From: Lingula anatina
Taxonomy: Eukaryota > Animalia > Brachiopoda
Assembly (NCBI GenBank): GCA_051362555.1
Contig: CM120644.1
Coordinates: 6,580,954-6,644,953 of the forward strand
Direction of reading: 5' to 3'
Length of the DNA stretch: 64,000 nt
The translations under genes were made by a program, and so were the position numbers. This document shows positions 49,764-64,000 of this stretch, piece by piece (positions within the stretch are counted from its first letter, which is position 1; the number at the start of each line of letters is the position of its first letter). The notes below the pieces were generated by a model. That model was not told the DNA's origin, searched no databases, and worked only from the letters and a program-made list of their open reading frames with translations.

Positions 49764-49952
49764 TAAGTCTTACAGTACAAACTAACAATATTGAACAATC
49801 ATTGACTAGGGTGACGTCAACGTTTTTTTTAACGCATCGGTCGATATAACTTTTCTTAGGCCTACAAAACAACTGTATATTGTTTTGTATTAAATTGTGT
49901 ATGAAAAAGGCATTTTCTCCAGATAATAAATGAGACATTTTTTCTCGCTAAG

Positions 49953-51078
49953 TTTTTTTTTTTCAGTAGCAAATAAATATACAATCTTACAGTTTTTGAC
50001 TTATGAATCGCACACAAACACATACACACACACACACGCATTTGCATACTTGGACTCTCTTTCTCTTCGTAAAAAAAAGGTTACAGTATATAGTTACAGT
50101 ATTGCATAAATGGGTAGAAAGTAGACATTGACAATTCATGTTGTTAACCTTACAATTGGAATTCTAAGAGGTATATCATAAGCTTGTTGCTTGTCAATTA
50201 AGTTGTAATATGCGATCAATATTTTCCCATTTTCTTTTAACATGTTGTTGTTTTTGGTCGGTATACATATATAAAGAATATAAACAAATATTTCTGTAAT
50301 AATTAACGTATTGTCTAGTACCTTCCCATGTTGGGATTTCTGATTTCGTTCTACATAGACTAATATATTTCTTAATTATTAAGATAAGCAGATAAAAACA
50401 TTTTATGTCATATGATTGCACAAGTCCGAGTATAAAAATCTCGGGAGATCTCTCAATTACAATGCCTAAATTTTCTTTTACGGAACAAATGCCACACGTC
50501 CAAACATTCTGTATATGAGGGCAATCCCAGAACACGTGAAGAATAGTTTCTCTGGCAGCATTACAAAATTCACACTGTTCTGATTCTTTTTTAGAAATTT
50601 TCATATGATAAATATTTGTACTAAATATTCTGTGATTTATTCTAAATTGAAGCGTCTGCAGTTTCGTGTCATCTGTTTCTTGGAAGGGTGATCTAAATAT
50701 TAGTTGCCAATCATCATTACTTAAGGATTTTTTAATATTTTCGTGCCATATACTTTTACTTTTGTTTGGTGATATAGTGTAGCCTTGGAGGAATTTTCTA
50801 TAGAAGTATCTGGATGGTTTGGTAACTTTTTTAATCGAGTCAATTATTTCGTGGAACACGGTTTGTAATTTTCTTCCATTTAGTGGAGATAGTTTTACGT
50901 CATTCAGATGGTATGCTCTTTTGAATACTCAAGTATTCCAGAAAGTTTGCGTTTAGGTTGAATTTTTCGTTGAGTTCCTCTAGAGAGAGGAAATTTCCAA
51001 CATTATTTATAATATCATTAATGTAGAAAATACCATTTTTACACCATCTTTTATGGAAGACAGTTTTTTTATTTGTTT
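49953..51078 (-). mobile_element. 5'-truncated L1/Tx1-like LINE (ORF2 C-terminus with zf-RVT)
   Basis: ORF 50194-50859 contains KLQTLQFRINHRIFSTN..CEFC..ETILHVFWDC. Poly-A tail appears as a T-run on + at ~49953. Absent at the homologous site of copy A (~28490). Confidence 0.8.
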
Positions 51079-51084
51079 TAATTT

Positions 51085-51856
51085 TTATGTTTTTCCAAGC
51101 CCATGGTATAAGTACATTGTTCCTTTTGGAACAAAACGTAACAGGGGCATTTTAATGTAACATTCTCAACAGAAATCTCACTCCATTTGCAAGAGGTGAC
51201 TTCAGGGATGCTACTGGCTTCATTGTGACAACGCACTTGCTCACAGCTCTCGTCTGGCAAACGATTTGTTGCAGAAACACAGGGCTCTGAGGATGGAATC
51301 ACCATCTTTGAGCCCTGATATTAAACTTACAAATCAACTGTGACATGAATTGGAGTTTGCAATGCAAAGAAGGGCCAACCCCATAAAAACGTGGACCAAC
51401 TCCCCCAACTTGTTTAAGAAGAATGGGACAATATCCCACTAAACAGAATTGTAACCCGTGTTAAAGGCTTGTCGCGCCGTCTACAGGAGATAATTGCAGT
51501 ACGCGGTAGACGCACACGCTGTTAGGCACGTGATCTTTAACGAGCACACCATAATGCTAATTGTGTGTGAATTTGGTGACATTTGATGACGTCCTTTCAA
51601 TTTTAAAGACATTTCTTTACATCTGTAGAAGTCACAGTGAAACAGTCGATTTGAGGGGGTACCTCTTATAAATTTTACTAAATGGTATAAAAAATGTATA
51701 TTTTCACCACTATTTTGTATTTTTAAACCATTAATCATGTTAGGCACGGTACCGTAATAAAATGCACTATTTCTAACAATTAACAGCTGTAAGGTTATCA
51801 TTTGTAAATAAAAGTACATGGAATCGGGGGTGGGACAACCTTTTTGACCAATGTTG
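51085..51856 (+). mobile_element. Degenerate Tc1-like element, 3' half
   Basis: Translates with stops as DNALAHSSR..SPSLSPDIK..EEWDNIP..RRLQEIIAVRGRRTRC. Ends 'gggacaacctttttgaccaatgttg' followed by TA. Confidence 0.65.
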
Positions 51857-52185
51857 TACATGTAAATATAGTCTGTAAGCTTTTGTAAGTACTGTACCGG
51901 ATAGTTTTGTGTTGTGTTGTGTGCATTGAAAACAAGACAAATAAAAAATGATAGAAAACCACTTCCAGGCATAAACAGTGTCCGTTATGAAATGAAGCTA
52001 AACTTAATTTGTTTCTTAGTGTTTCTCTCGCCCGCAACACAAGCCTCATAAAGAACAATTGCAGTTAGCTAACATGGGCTCTAGATTCGAGAGCACAAAT
52101 CAACGACTTCAACCACGAATTAAGTACCCTGACATATAATTTGTAGTCATGAAATACCAATAATAGCAAGTCAAAAATCCATCTT

Positions 52186-52350
52186 TGAGATTATAAAAGC
52201 TTGACCTTCAGATATTTAATAATGTCCTCAATGCTGTGGTTGTGTGCTATAAGGCAAATGTCCGCAGATTCTGGAGTAGGGACGCTCGCTTTAGGCTCAA
52301 TTAAATTCCTTTCCGGCGGCCTCGTGAACATTAATCGTCTGTCCTCCAAC
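52186..52350 (-). pseudogene. Second decayed copy of GLOD5 exon 2 (frameshifted)
   Basis: Minus strand reads [46 protein letters not shown]|gt, near-identical to 55138-55280 apart from indels. Confidence 0.82.
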
Positions 52351-52399
52351 TTTATTTTTTCCCTGCTCATACAAAAATAAAAAAATATGAAAAATGAAG

Positions 52400-52455
52400 A
52401 TTATATTATATTATATTATATTATATTATATTATATTATATTATATTATATTATT
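52400..52455 (+). repeat. (TTATA)n microsatellite
   Basis: About 11 perfect units seen directly. Confidence 0.9.
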
Positions 52456-53890
52456 GTAAGACAAAGCAGCGTGAATTCACCACTCTGCTACTCTGCTCTT
52501 GGTTCGATACATGAGTCAAGGTCCCTTTACAGTCACCATGTTATAAAAAGCTAATTTTTTCTAAACGCCGCGCGCGTCACGGGAAACCTACCCGGCGACG
52601 GTGCGGGGTCTTTGGCGCCAAGTCGGCGTCGCACCCATCAGTGTCACTAGTAGATCACCAGTAAAAACTTGTACTAGTACATGTATGTCCAAAGAAGATT
52701 TATTAACTTAAATATGTTGCGAAGAACAATTCTAAATAAGTGTTTTCTTGGAAGAGACTATCAGTGGCAGCAACAAACGGTATCTCTGTTTGTTACAGGG
52801 GTAAACCTTTTATTGACATTATTCCGCATACAATAGCAACAACTGTAGATGTCATTCACCGATAAATCGGCTTGCATTTACTTGACAAACATTCCATCGA
52901 TATCGATATTTATTTTCTGCTCTGTTGACTGAATTGCTCAATCTTATTAGCATTGGCAGTTTTTTAACCAAGTAAACGTGTCAATTGCCCTATTTTCCTA
53001 AAAAATGTTCAATTTTATTAGCATTGGTAGCGTTTTAACAAGCAAACACACGTTAATTGACCTACTTACTTTGAACTGCTTAATGTCCTAAGGCCCACGA
53101 TTCCAAAATACACACCCTTTGTTCAAAAGAATAAATAAAGGAAAGAAAAAAAGAAAAAGGAAAAAGCGAATGTGCCGTGTGAATAACAGTCTCCGTTGCA
53201 GGCTTAAGTAAATAATTTGAATTAAAAACTCTGGATGTCTTTGCTATAATTTTGATTTTAGGGGATATACAGAAAACAGAACTTGGACATAAAACATCAT
53301 CAACAGGATAACAATAAGTTAATAATTTAACAAATTTACAAGTAAGACACCATGTTGTTTTGTTGTCGTGCATGAAGATGAGGGTGTCCTACATCATAGT
53401 AAAAAAAGCAAGTTGATAGCAATGCGATTTTTTTTCAAAAACAAAAAAAACTACTTTCATGTTAACGTAATCTATTGCAATTAAATACATCGTTCTGTCT
53501 GTTCAAAGCAAACGTTATGATATGCCGATCATGAAGAATATTTCCTCAATTTCAAATGTTTACCTCAATTTTCCATCAAATAACCTTAAAACTTAATCAT
53601 CTCACCGCCTCACTAAGATATATTTGTCAGTTTTTAGTTCCAAGTTACTCTTGTACGCTGTATCGATATAAAATATTTTCCCATGGATATAATATTTCCT
53701 ATAAACATAGGTGACATCGTTTGGATAAGTTCGAGCGTGGCTTTACCTATAATACATGTAGTTCATTGACTTGTAATTGTTGTATTAATTTCATAAGTAT
53801 GCTCTGCTTGCATATACAATTTAAAAATTGACTTGTATTTGTTGTATTAAGTCAGAGAAGAATTTCATCAGCTGTGTTAAGTTGTAAGAA

Positions 53891-54213
53891 TGATGTGAAT
53901 TTTTCTTCAGTCAACAGCTAATATTGAGATACTTGCCCCCCCCTCCCCCCATTGTCTTAGGAAAGGGAGGTAGAGGTCAGGAAGGATGGCACCATCATTT
54001 CTGTTGAGACTGCCCCCTATCTTCTTGATGTGGATGGCTTCCTAAGACAATGGGGGGGGGGGGGGGGGGGGGGGGGGGCAAGTACACCTCCTGAGTAGAG
54101 GCTATTCACCTGGATAGCCTCATTCCCTGAAGAAGATGTCCTGATAGACATCGAAATATTGGAGGGAAAACCTATCTCAATATTAGCTGTTGACTGAAGA
54201 CAAATCCACATCA
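53891..54213. repeat. Nested inverted repeat / foldback element
   Basis: Outer arms include TCTTCAGTCAACAGCTAATATTGAGATA and its exact complement (54173-54200). Inner arms are CCCCCATTGTCTTAGGAA / TTCCTAAGACAATGGGGG. Confidence 0.85.
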
Positions 54214-54542
54214 ATTGTTGTATTAATTTTGAAATTTCGCTTTAGAGATGTCAATCATTACACTGTATATCTGTTTGTCATTTTTAGCCTATGTCGTTTC
54301 TTTGTATATTACGTTTTTCATGATAATTTTTTCGTCCCTGCATAGGGCAATAATTTGCGGTTTGGTTGTAGCAAACCTTTTCAGATGACATTTTCACCAA
54401 GAGATCCTCCCAGAGTAAAGATGGGCATTGTTTGGCCCCCGAATTATCAATAACATCATCCGCCCTTTTTTTCACATTATTGCTTTAAGTACATGGTAAA
54501 TTACACTAATGATGAGCATTGTGTCCATGCCCCTCGGGGCCA

Positions 54543-56671
<2,129 letters not shown>

Positions 56672-57654
56672 TTTTATCAGTGTATCTACTAGGATAGAAG
56701 ATATCGTGGACCTTAGGTGTGTATTTTTGCCAAAATTATCTGAAAAAGAGACAAAGAGAGTTTTAATGAGCCATAAACGACTTCCAGATAATGGACAACC
56801 GGGCCGGTGTAACGTTACAGAGAGTCCCCCATGATAGACAGTTCGTTTCTCATTCATTTGTACAGGTAAACCTCGCCCTAGATTTTGACCCATTTTAAGT
56901 CAGGCTAACCCTAACCATTATAACTAAATGAAGGGCGGACTTTCTGTTACACGGACCCTCGGTTTTGTTATACCGGGGCTACGATAAATGATTACGAGTT
57001 GAGAGAAAGGCGTTTTCCCAGGTTGTTCTACTTTCCTCTGTGAAAGGCACGTTTCCAATTACACATGTGCCTCTCCTCTAGCTCCCATGTGAGAGTCATT
57101 TCACCCTGATGAGCAGGATGACAAATGGAGGGTGGGGGTAGTTAATGCAACCCCCACCCCCTCCTGACTGCGAAGAACTATTTGGTAAGGATTTGTAAGG
57201 ATTGTGAATATCATATTTTGCTAATTTTTTTATAGAAGAATAATATACTTTCTATTAAGCGCTGGGATTGAAGACACTTTGACACCATATCAAATGCGGT
57301 TCTTTTTTTTGTGTGTGTGTGTTTGTGTAGAAAGAGTGAATTCTTTAGTTAAAATAACAGCGTCCATTTAATTACAACCGCTCCTTAAGGCAGGGAAGTT
57401 ACAACACCATAGGAATCAGTTCGGAGAAGGACAACAAATACCTTTCTGTGAACTACAAATAAGTTAGGTTTGCCCGACTGGAATTCAGATATGATCTAGA
57501 AAGCTAAATTATGAATTTTGTCAACATACATGTACAAACAGTGCGTCTAGTCTAGGCGAAAATGTCAAAGGTATCTAGTCTTATCATGAATTACTGGAAT
57601 ACTCCTATGGTCTAAGGAGCATTTTCCTTTAATAAATACCATAAGTTATCTTAA

Positions 57655-57902
57655 AGCATGAGAGTATATAGTACATGAAGGTGCTGTAGTTGTGAACAGG
57701 AGCGGGTCAAGAGATATTTTCTGACAGTCTTCCGAATTTATCTTTGTTGATCCATCCTCCATTTTTGACCGTCTTCCGACAGAAAATTAATCCCCGTCAA
57801 TGTAAACTTGAAAGTACTGACCGTCTTCCGAAAGTCTCAGAAGATAGCCACTCTTTTTCTACTATTACTGTCTACTTCCATGAACAATACTACTTCCATG
57901 CT
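57655..57902. mobile_element. 248-bp MITE with TTAA TSD and AG...CT termini (Kolobok-like)
   Basis: TTAA|AGCATG..AGTA ... TACT..CATGCT|TTAA, with TSDs at 57651-54 and 57903-06. Confidence 0.65.
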
Positions 57903-60050
57903 TTAATGATTACGTGACGATATTTTGAAAAAATTCATTCCACTCTGGTGGAAAATTAACCCTTGGCATGTAAGGAACACTTTATTTAGTGTCAGACCTT
58001 TAGGATTAAAATCTGATGCCAATATTTCATTTACACCATCAACTGCTAAACGACATTTTATTAGATTTTGTTTATTATCCCCATTAAATACACCAAACGT
58101 CTCCGTATATAAGCACTGTCTCTCAAAAGAGAAGTCATATCAAAAATGCAAAAAAATTACAATTATAATAAAATTACAATAAAATAAATAAACCACTGAG
58201 TCAGAGCATATTTTGCACAGCTGGCCTAAATAAGTTTATAATCTTGTACAATGCGATGGTGTACATATTGACAGACATGACTTGATATTACTGCATGTAT
58301 GCTATATTTCGATGCACTGAAGATCCTTCTCCAAGCTGCTACTTAAGTTTTAAGACTCACTTTATTTCTTAAGAACTTCTCAAATGCTTTCTAATTAAAA
58401 GCAAACAAAAGCAAGAAATATGCACTTCAAAAGGCACAGTACTTGTGCAAAAGCCAGCACAGTTTTGATATTTCCCGGGTTTTGCAGCTCAGTGAATGAG
58501 TTTCCAATCGGAAATCTTACGGCACTTTAAAAAAAATTAGATTAAAGGAACCAACAAAAAACATGATAAAGAAAATACAATTGTGTTTATATTGCAACTG
58601 AATTATAACAGTTTAAATAATAAAGAGTGCAATGCAGATAAAATTCAGAGCACGTGAGGGGGATGTGTAACCTTTCAGAAAAAAAAAACAGCAATAGCAT
58701 TGGTGGTGGGGATACACCTTACCAGGATGTCTGCTTCCTGTTCTTATGACTGGCATGCCTGTATAAAATAGGAGGGGTAACCCCCCACACACACACACAC
58801 CACCACCACCACCACCACCCAACCCCATCACTTCTGATGTGAATGAATAAATAACAACTATTAAAAGAGTACCCTTTCATAAATGACATTCATATAAAAA
58901 CTTTTACCTATAATCTGCAGATGTATTAACATTATTCTTGATGTCAATAATAATAATGTAGAAAGCGCAGTAAAAAAAACAAACTGACTTGTAAACATTG
59001 AAAGCACAGTAAAGAAATATTAACTTGCTTGTAAATGTTTTCATGTCTTTTTCACAATCAGATCATAAATTAGAGATAAATTTGCTGAACCGGCTCTCAC
59101 TTTCAAAAGAACTGAAAATTGCACTAAACATGGCTGTGTATCTTATTTGATCCCTCTCCTTGTTTTCCTCTGTATTCTCATATCCAAAAATTACAAGAAG
59201 TTCCTCATATGGGACGTACCAGAGCTCAAAGCAACTTGACTGTTCACTAAGGGCTGTATAAAGTCTAGTTTGTATAACTAATAATATGGGACATAAATAT
59301 CCGTTTGTATACACATTGTTAAACAGTACAATAACAACAAAAATAAACATGAATCAATATGAAAGAAGTATAAAGTACATGTCAATGCATAAACTTGGCA
59401 AATGTGCATTTAGCAAGAAGCTTTTAACAAAAATGCCAAAAAACATATACCAAATTGAATGCAGATTTTCAACTGAAAGGCATGATAGAGATAAAAAAAT
59501 GACCCTGAATTTCACATGTACTTGATTATTTACCCCCTTTTTTCCTACACAGAAGTTTAAACTTTCAATCACGTAGACAAAGAGCCGCTAGCAAGCAGGC
59601 TGTTTTGACAGGAACTGAAGTTATACCACTCACTGCCACAAGGAACACAGCAGTATTGCCATCTAGCCACAACTTCTCTAACATCAGTTTGTATGTAATT
59701 ATTCTTGTTTCCACTAGGGTTGCTAAACAGATAGTGCACTTTTCACTTTGCTGCCAAAAAGGGACTCAAAACTCTTATGAAGTTTGGTAGTCAAAGGTTG
59801 ATAGTCCATAAGACAGTTTACTAGTATAGCTCATCTTGATATAAGTGGCACTTATATGCTTTTTGTTTCAAATATTTCAATTACAGCATGCCAATTAGGA
59901 AAGAATCATCCAGTAAAAATTTTTCATAATTTTTTTTTTTTTTTTTTTTGTATGTATGAAATTGAAGTTTAGCTACTTTGGCAAAGAAATATCTGTATAT
60001 AGCATCAATCCTATCTGAACAGCATATGTAACAACATCATCACAAAGTAT

Positions 60051-60454
60051 CTATTTCTCCAAATTCTTTGCAAGGGAGAGTTCATAATGCTTCAGTTGTA
60101 TTGTGAATCCATCATTTGGACGGATTGAGGCACGCTGTTCACGAACATGATCAAAAGCTTCTTCGAAAGTCAACCCTTCTGTTTTGATAAGATATCCTAT
60201 AACCATGGCTGCTGAGCGTGAAACTCCAGCATTGCAATGAACAAGAACACAGCCCTCTTGACGCCCTTGGTCTATAAAAGAAAATGCCTCATCAAAGAAA
60301 TCTGTGATATCAGTCTCTGGGAGATCAAGAATATTGAGACGTAGATACTGGAATTGATCGGGGAACTGGTTTTCCACCATGTAGGCCAGGTTCAAAATGT
60401 GGGTCACTTTGTGTTGGAGCAGCAGTTCCAGGTCTTGGGCCACATCCTGGGAGC
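60051..60454 (-). CDS. DUSP19: Dual-specificity phosphatase 19, terminal exon (upstream exon(s) not found in the window)
   Basis: Acceptor tttcag| then GSQDVAQDLELLLQHKVTHILN..ILDLPETDI..VLVHCNAGVSRS..IRPNDGF. HCxxGxSR catalytic motif and DUSP19-type context. Confidence 0.88.
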
Positions 60455-60874
60455 CTGAAAGAAACAATATAGTACAACTACAATTTTTCTTTTTCTTTTT
60501 TTTTTTTGTAATTTGTGCAGTCTTTATAAAAAAATCTTAAGTGAAACAAAATATAAAATTAGTTCTCTATGTTATCCCTAACCAATATCTGAATGAGGAA
60601 AACAATACATGGGTTCACCAGGATCACATAAGGATGTAGAAGCAGTTTCAGACTGTGGACAATTTAAAACTAGAGGATCAGAGAGGCGATACCGCCTCCG
60701 AATATTGTACCACCAGCTGGAGCAAGCGCATTCGTATAGACCCCCACATACACAAAATAAGGGACACAGCCACCAGTTTTGTGCTTGACAAGCTGTAAAA
60801 ATGCAATCAACAAGAATTTTTAAACTTTTGCAAAAAATATATATGGTACAATCAAATTTAAGTTCTTCGTAAGA

Positions 60875-63608
60875 TAGGTCAAGGGTCAATTTCAAGGTCA
60901 CAGTAAATTGCCAGTATATGACTTCCTATTCAAGTTCAAGAGTAACTATGGACCTATCTCTGCCAGTTTTGGAGACAAAAGGAAAGCAAAATTTGCAAAG
61001 TTCAGTTCATGGTGAAAAGTAGGTCAAAGGTCAATTTTAAGGTCACATTTAGATTGCCAGTATATGACTTCCTATTCAAGTTCAATAGTAACTATGGACC
61101 TATCTCTGCCAGTTTTGGAGATAAAAGGGAAGCAAAATTTGCAAAGTTCAGTTTATGGTGAAAAGTAGGTTAAAGGTCAATTTTAAGGTCACATTTAGAT
61201 TGCCAGTATATGACTTTCTATTCAAGTTCAATAGTAACTACGGACCTATCTCAGCCAGTTTTGGAGATAAAAGAAAAGCAAAATTTGCAAAATTCAGTTC
61301 ATGGTGTAAAGTAGGTCAAAGGTCAATTTTAAGGTCACATTTAGATTGCCAGTATATGACTTCCTATTCAAGTTCAATAGTAACTATGGACCTATCTCTG
61401 CCAGTTTTGGAGATAAAAAGGAAGCAAAATTTGCAAAGTTCAGTTCATGGTGAAAAGTAGGTCAAAGGTCAATTTTAAGGTCACATATAGATTGCCAGTA
61501 TATGACTTCCTATTCAAGTTCAATAGTAACTACGGACCTATCTCTGCCAGTTTTGGAGATAAAAGGAAAGCAAAATTTGCAAAGTTCAGTTCATGGTGAA
61601 AAGTAGGTCAAAGGTCAATTTTAAGGTCACATATAGATTGCCAGTATATGACTTCCTATTCAAGTTCAATAGTAACTACGGACCTATCTCTGCCAGTTTT
61701 GGAGATAAAAGGAAAGCAAAATTTGCAAAGTTCAATTCATGGTGAAAAGTAGGTCAAAGGTCAATTTTAAGGTCACATATAGATTGCCAGTATATGACTT
61801 CCTATTCAAGTTCAATAGTAACTACGGACCTATCTCTGCCAGTTTTGGAGATAAAAGGAAAGCAAAATTTGCAAAGTTCAATTCATGGTGAAAAGTAGGT
61901 CAAAGGTCAATTTCAAGGTCACATTTAGATTGCCAGTATATGACTTTCTATTCAAGTTCAATAGTAACTACGGACCTATCTCAGCCAGTTTTGGAGATAA
62001 AAGAAAAGCAAAATTTGCAAAATTCAGTTCATGGTGTAAAGTAGGTCAAAGGTCAATTTTAAGGTCACATGTAGATTGCCAGTATATGACTTCCTATTCA
62101 AGTTCAATAGTAACTATGGACCTATCTCTGCCAGTTTTGGAGATAAAAGGGAAGCAAAATTTGCAAAGTTCAGTTTATGGTGAAAAGTAGGTTAAAGGTC
62201 AATTTTAAGGTCACATTTAGATTGCCAGTATATGACTTTCTATTCAAGTTCAATAGTAACTACGGACCTATCTCTGCCAGTTTTGGAGATAAAAGAAAAG
62301 CAAAATTTGCAAAATTCAGTTCATGGTGAAAAGTAGGTCAAAGGTCAATTTTAAGGTCACATATAGATTGTCAGTATATGACTTCCTATTCAAGTTCAAT
62401 AGTAACTACGGACCTATCTCTGCCAGTTTTGGAGATAAAAGGAAAGCAAAATTTGCAAAGTTCAGTTTATGGTGAAAAGTAGGTCAAAGGTCAATTTTAA
62501 GGTCACATTTAGATTGCCAGTATATGACTTCCTATTCAAGTTCAATAGTAACTACGGACCTATCTCTGCCAGTTTTGGAGATAAAAGGAAAGCAAAATTT
62601 GCAAAGTTCAATTCATAGTGAAAAGTAGGTCAAAGGTCAATTTCAAGGTCACATTTAGATTGCCAGTATATGACTTTCTATTCAAGTTCAATAGTAACTA
62701 CGGACCTATCTCAGCCAGTTTTGGAGATAAAAGAAAAGCAAAATTTGCAAAGTTCAGTTCATGGTGAAAGGTCAAAGGTAAATTTCAAGGTCACATGTAG
62801 ATTGCCAGTATATGACTTTCTATTCAAGTTCAATAGTAACTACGGACCTATCTCTGCCAGTTTTGGAGATAAAAGGAAAGCAAAATTTGCAAAGTTCAGT
62901 TCATGGTGAAAAGTAGGTCAAAGGTCAATTTTAAGATCACATTTAGATTGCCAGTATATGACTTCCTATTCAAGTTCAATAGTAACTATGGACCTATCTC
63001 TGCCAGTTTTGGAGATAAAAGGGAAGCAAAATTTGCAAAGTTCAGTTCATGGTGAAAAGTAGGTCAAAGGTCAACTTTAAGGTCACATATAGATTGCCAG
63101 TATATGACTTCCTATTCAAGTTCAATAGTAACTATGGACCTATCTCTGCCAGTTTTGGAGATAAAAGGGAAGCAAAATTTGCAAAGTTCAGTTCATGGTG
63201 AAAAGTAGGTCAAAGGTCAATTTTAAGGTCACATATAGATTGCCAGTATATGACTTCCTATTCAAGTTCAATAGTAACTACGGACCTATCTCTGCCAGTT
63301 TTGGAGATAAAAGGAAAGCAAAATTTGCAAAGTTCAATTCATGGTGAAAAGTAGGTCAAAGGTCAATTTCAAGGTCACATTTAGATTGCCAGTATATGAC
63401 TTTCTATTCAAGTTCAATAGTAACTACGGACCTATCTCAGCCAGTTTTGGAGATAAAAGGGAAGCAAAATTTGCAAAGTTCAGTTCATGGTGAAAAGTAG
63501 GTCAAAGGTCAATTTCAAGGTCACAGAAAGATAGCCAGTATATGACTTCCTATTCAACTTCAATAGTAACTATGGACCTATCTCTGCCAGTTTTGGAGAT
63601 ATAAGGGA
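60875..63608 (+). repeat. 146-bp tandem satellite, ~19 copies, probably within a DUSP19 intron
   Basis: Unit starts at 61021, 61167, 61313 and so on. Consensus begins AGGTCAAAGGTCAATTTTAAGGTCACAT.TAGATTGCCAGTATATGACTTCCTATTCAAG. Confidence 0.95.
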
Positions 63609-64000
63609 CTAAATGTTATAATTTTGGAGTTACCATAATGTGCCTTAAATTTCGTACAGAAAAAATTAATTAAAATAAAAAAAAATGTTATATTGGTCAA
63701 AATTCTTGAAATAGGAGGTGCTCTGAAGTTTCAGAAGTTCAAATTTGATGAAATAATGTCATTTTTGAACACAAGTTGTCTGCTTTGCCAAGCCTTATAT
63801 TTTATTTTTCCAGAGTTCAAAATTTATTATCCATTACCGTACTGCACATTTTGCTTTTACCACCAATATGTACTTTTTGATACAGCGTAACTCGAAAACC
63901 GTATGGAATACAAAAAAACCGAGACCACCTCCAGTGTTGGGCTTTACATGCTCTACAAAATGCAAAAAAGAATGGGTCTCTAGCATTAACGGTTCCCGAA

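Noticed and set aside
56672-56893. 77-aa N-terminal extension of GLOD5
   Set aside because: No homology recognised upstream of MTHSG; more likely 5'UTR, intron or promoter, though an upstream exon cannot be excluded.
61155-62909. Repeated ~100-aa ORFs in the satellite
   Set aside because: The unit length of 146 is not a multiple of 3; these are chance open frames.

Overview
AT-rich invertebrate animal genomic DNA with spliceosomal introns; the lineage cannot be fixed from sequence alone. Six protein-coding genes were assembled by hand from GT-AG junctions: (1) a secreted Ly6/uPAR (quiver-like, 10-Cys) protein with a long His/acidic 27-aa repeat tail (934-3259, +); (2) a Dickkopf-3-like gene that the ORF track largely misses (4744-8688, -); (3, 4) two tandem, exon-poor TRPV-family channel paralogs (17619-26765 and 31285-49258, +); (5) GLOD5 (54543-56671, -); (6) the last exon of DUSP19 (60051-60454, -). 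The window also holds two intron-containing tRNA-Ile(TAT) genes, a decayed third copy, a variant tRNA-Cys(GCA), many transposon relics and a 146-bp satellite. The most notable observations are four. A TTAA-flanked 293-bp insertion in the TRPV-A coding tail carries in-frame GT/AG sites and is a candidate transposon-made new intron. The Ly6-plus-repeat protein has an unfamiliar architecture. The TRPV ankyrin region carries paralog-specific repeat expansions. A 12.5-kb, TSD-bounded LINE nest has a tail orientation that suggests near-total twin-priming inversion. All coordinates were counted by eye and no database searches were run.
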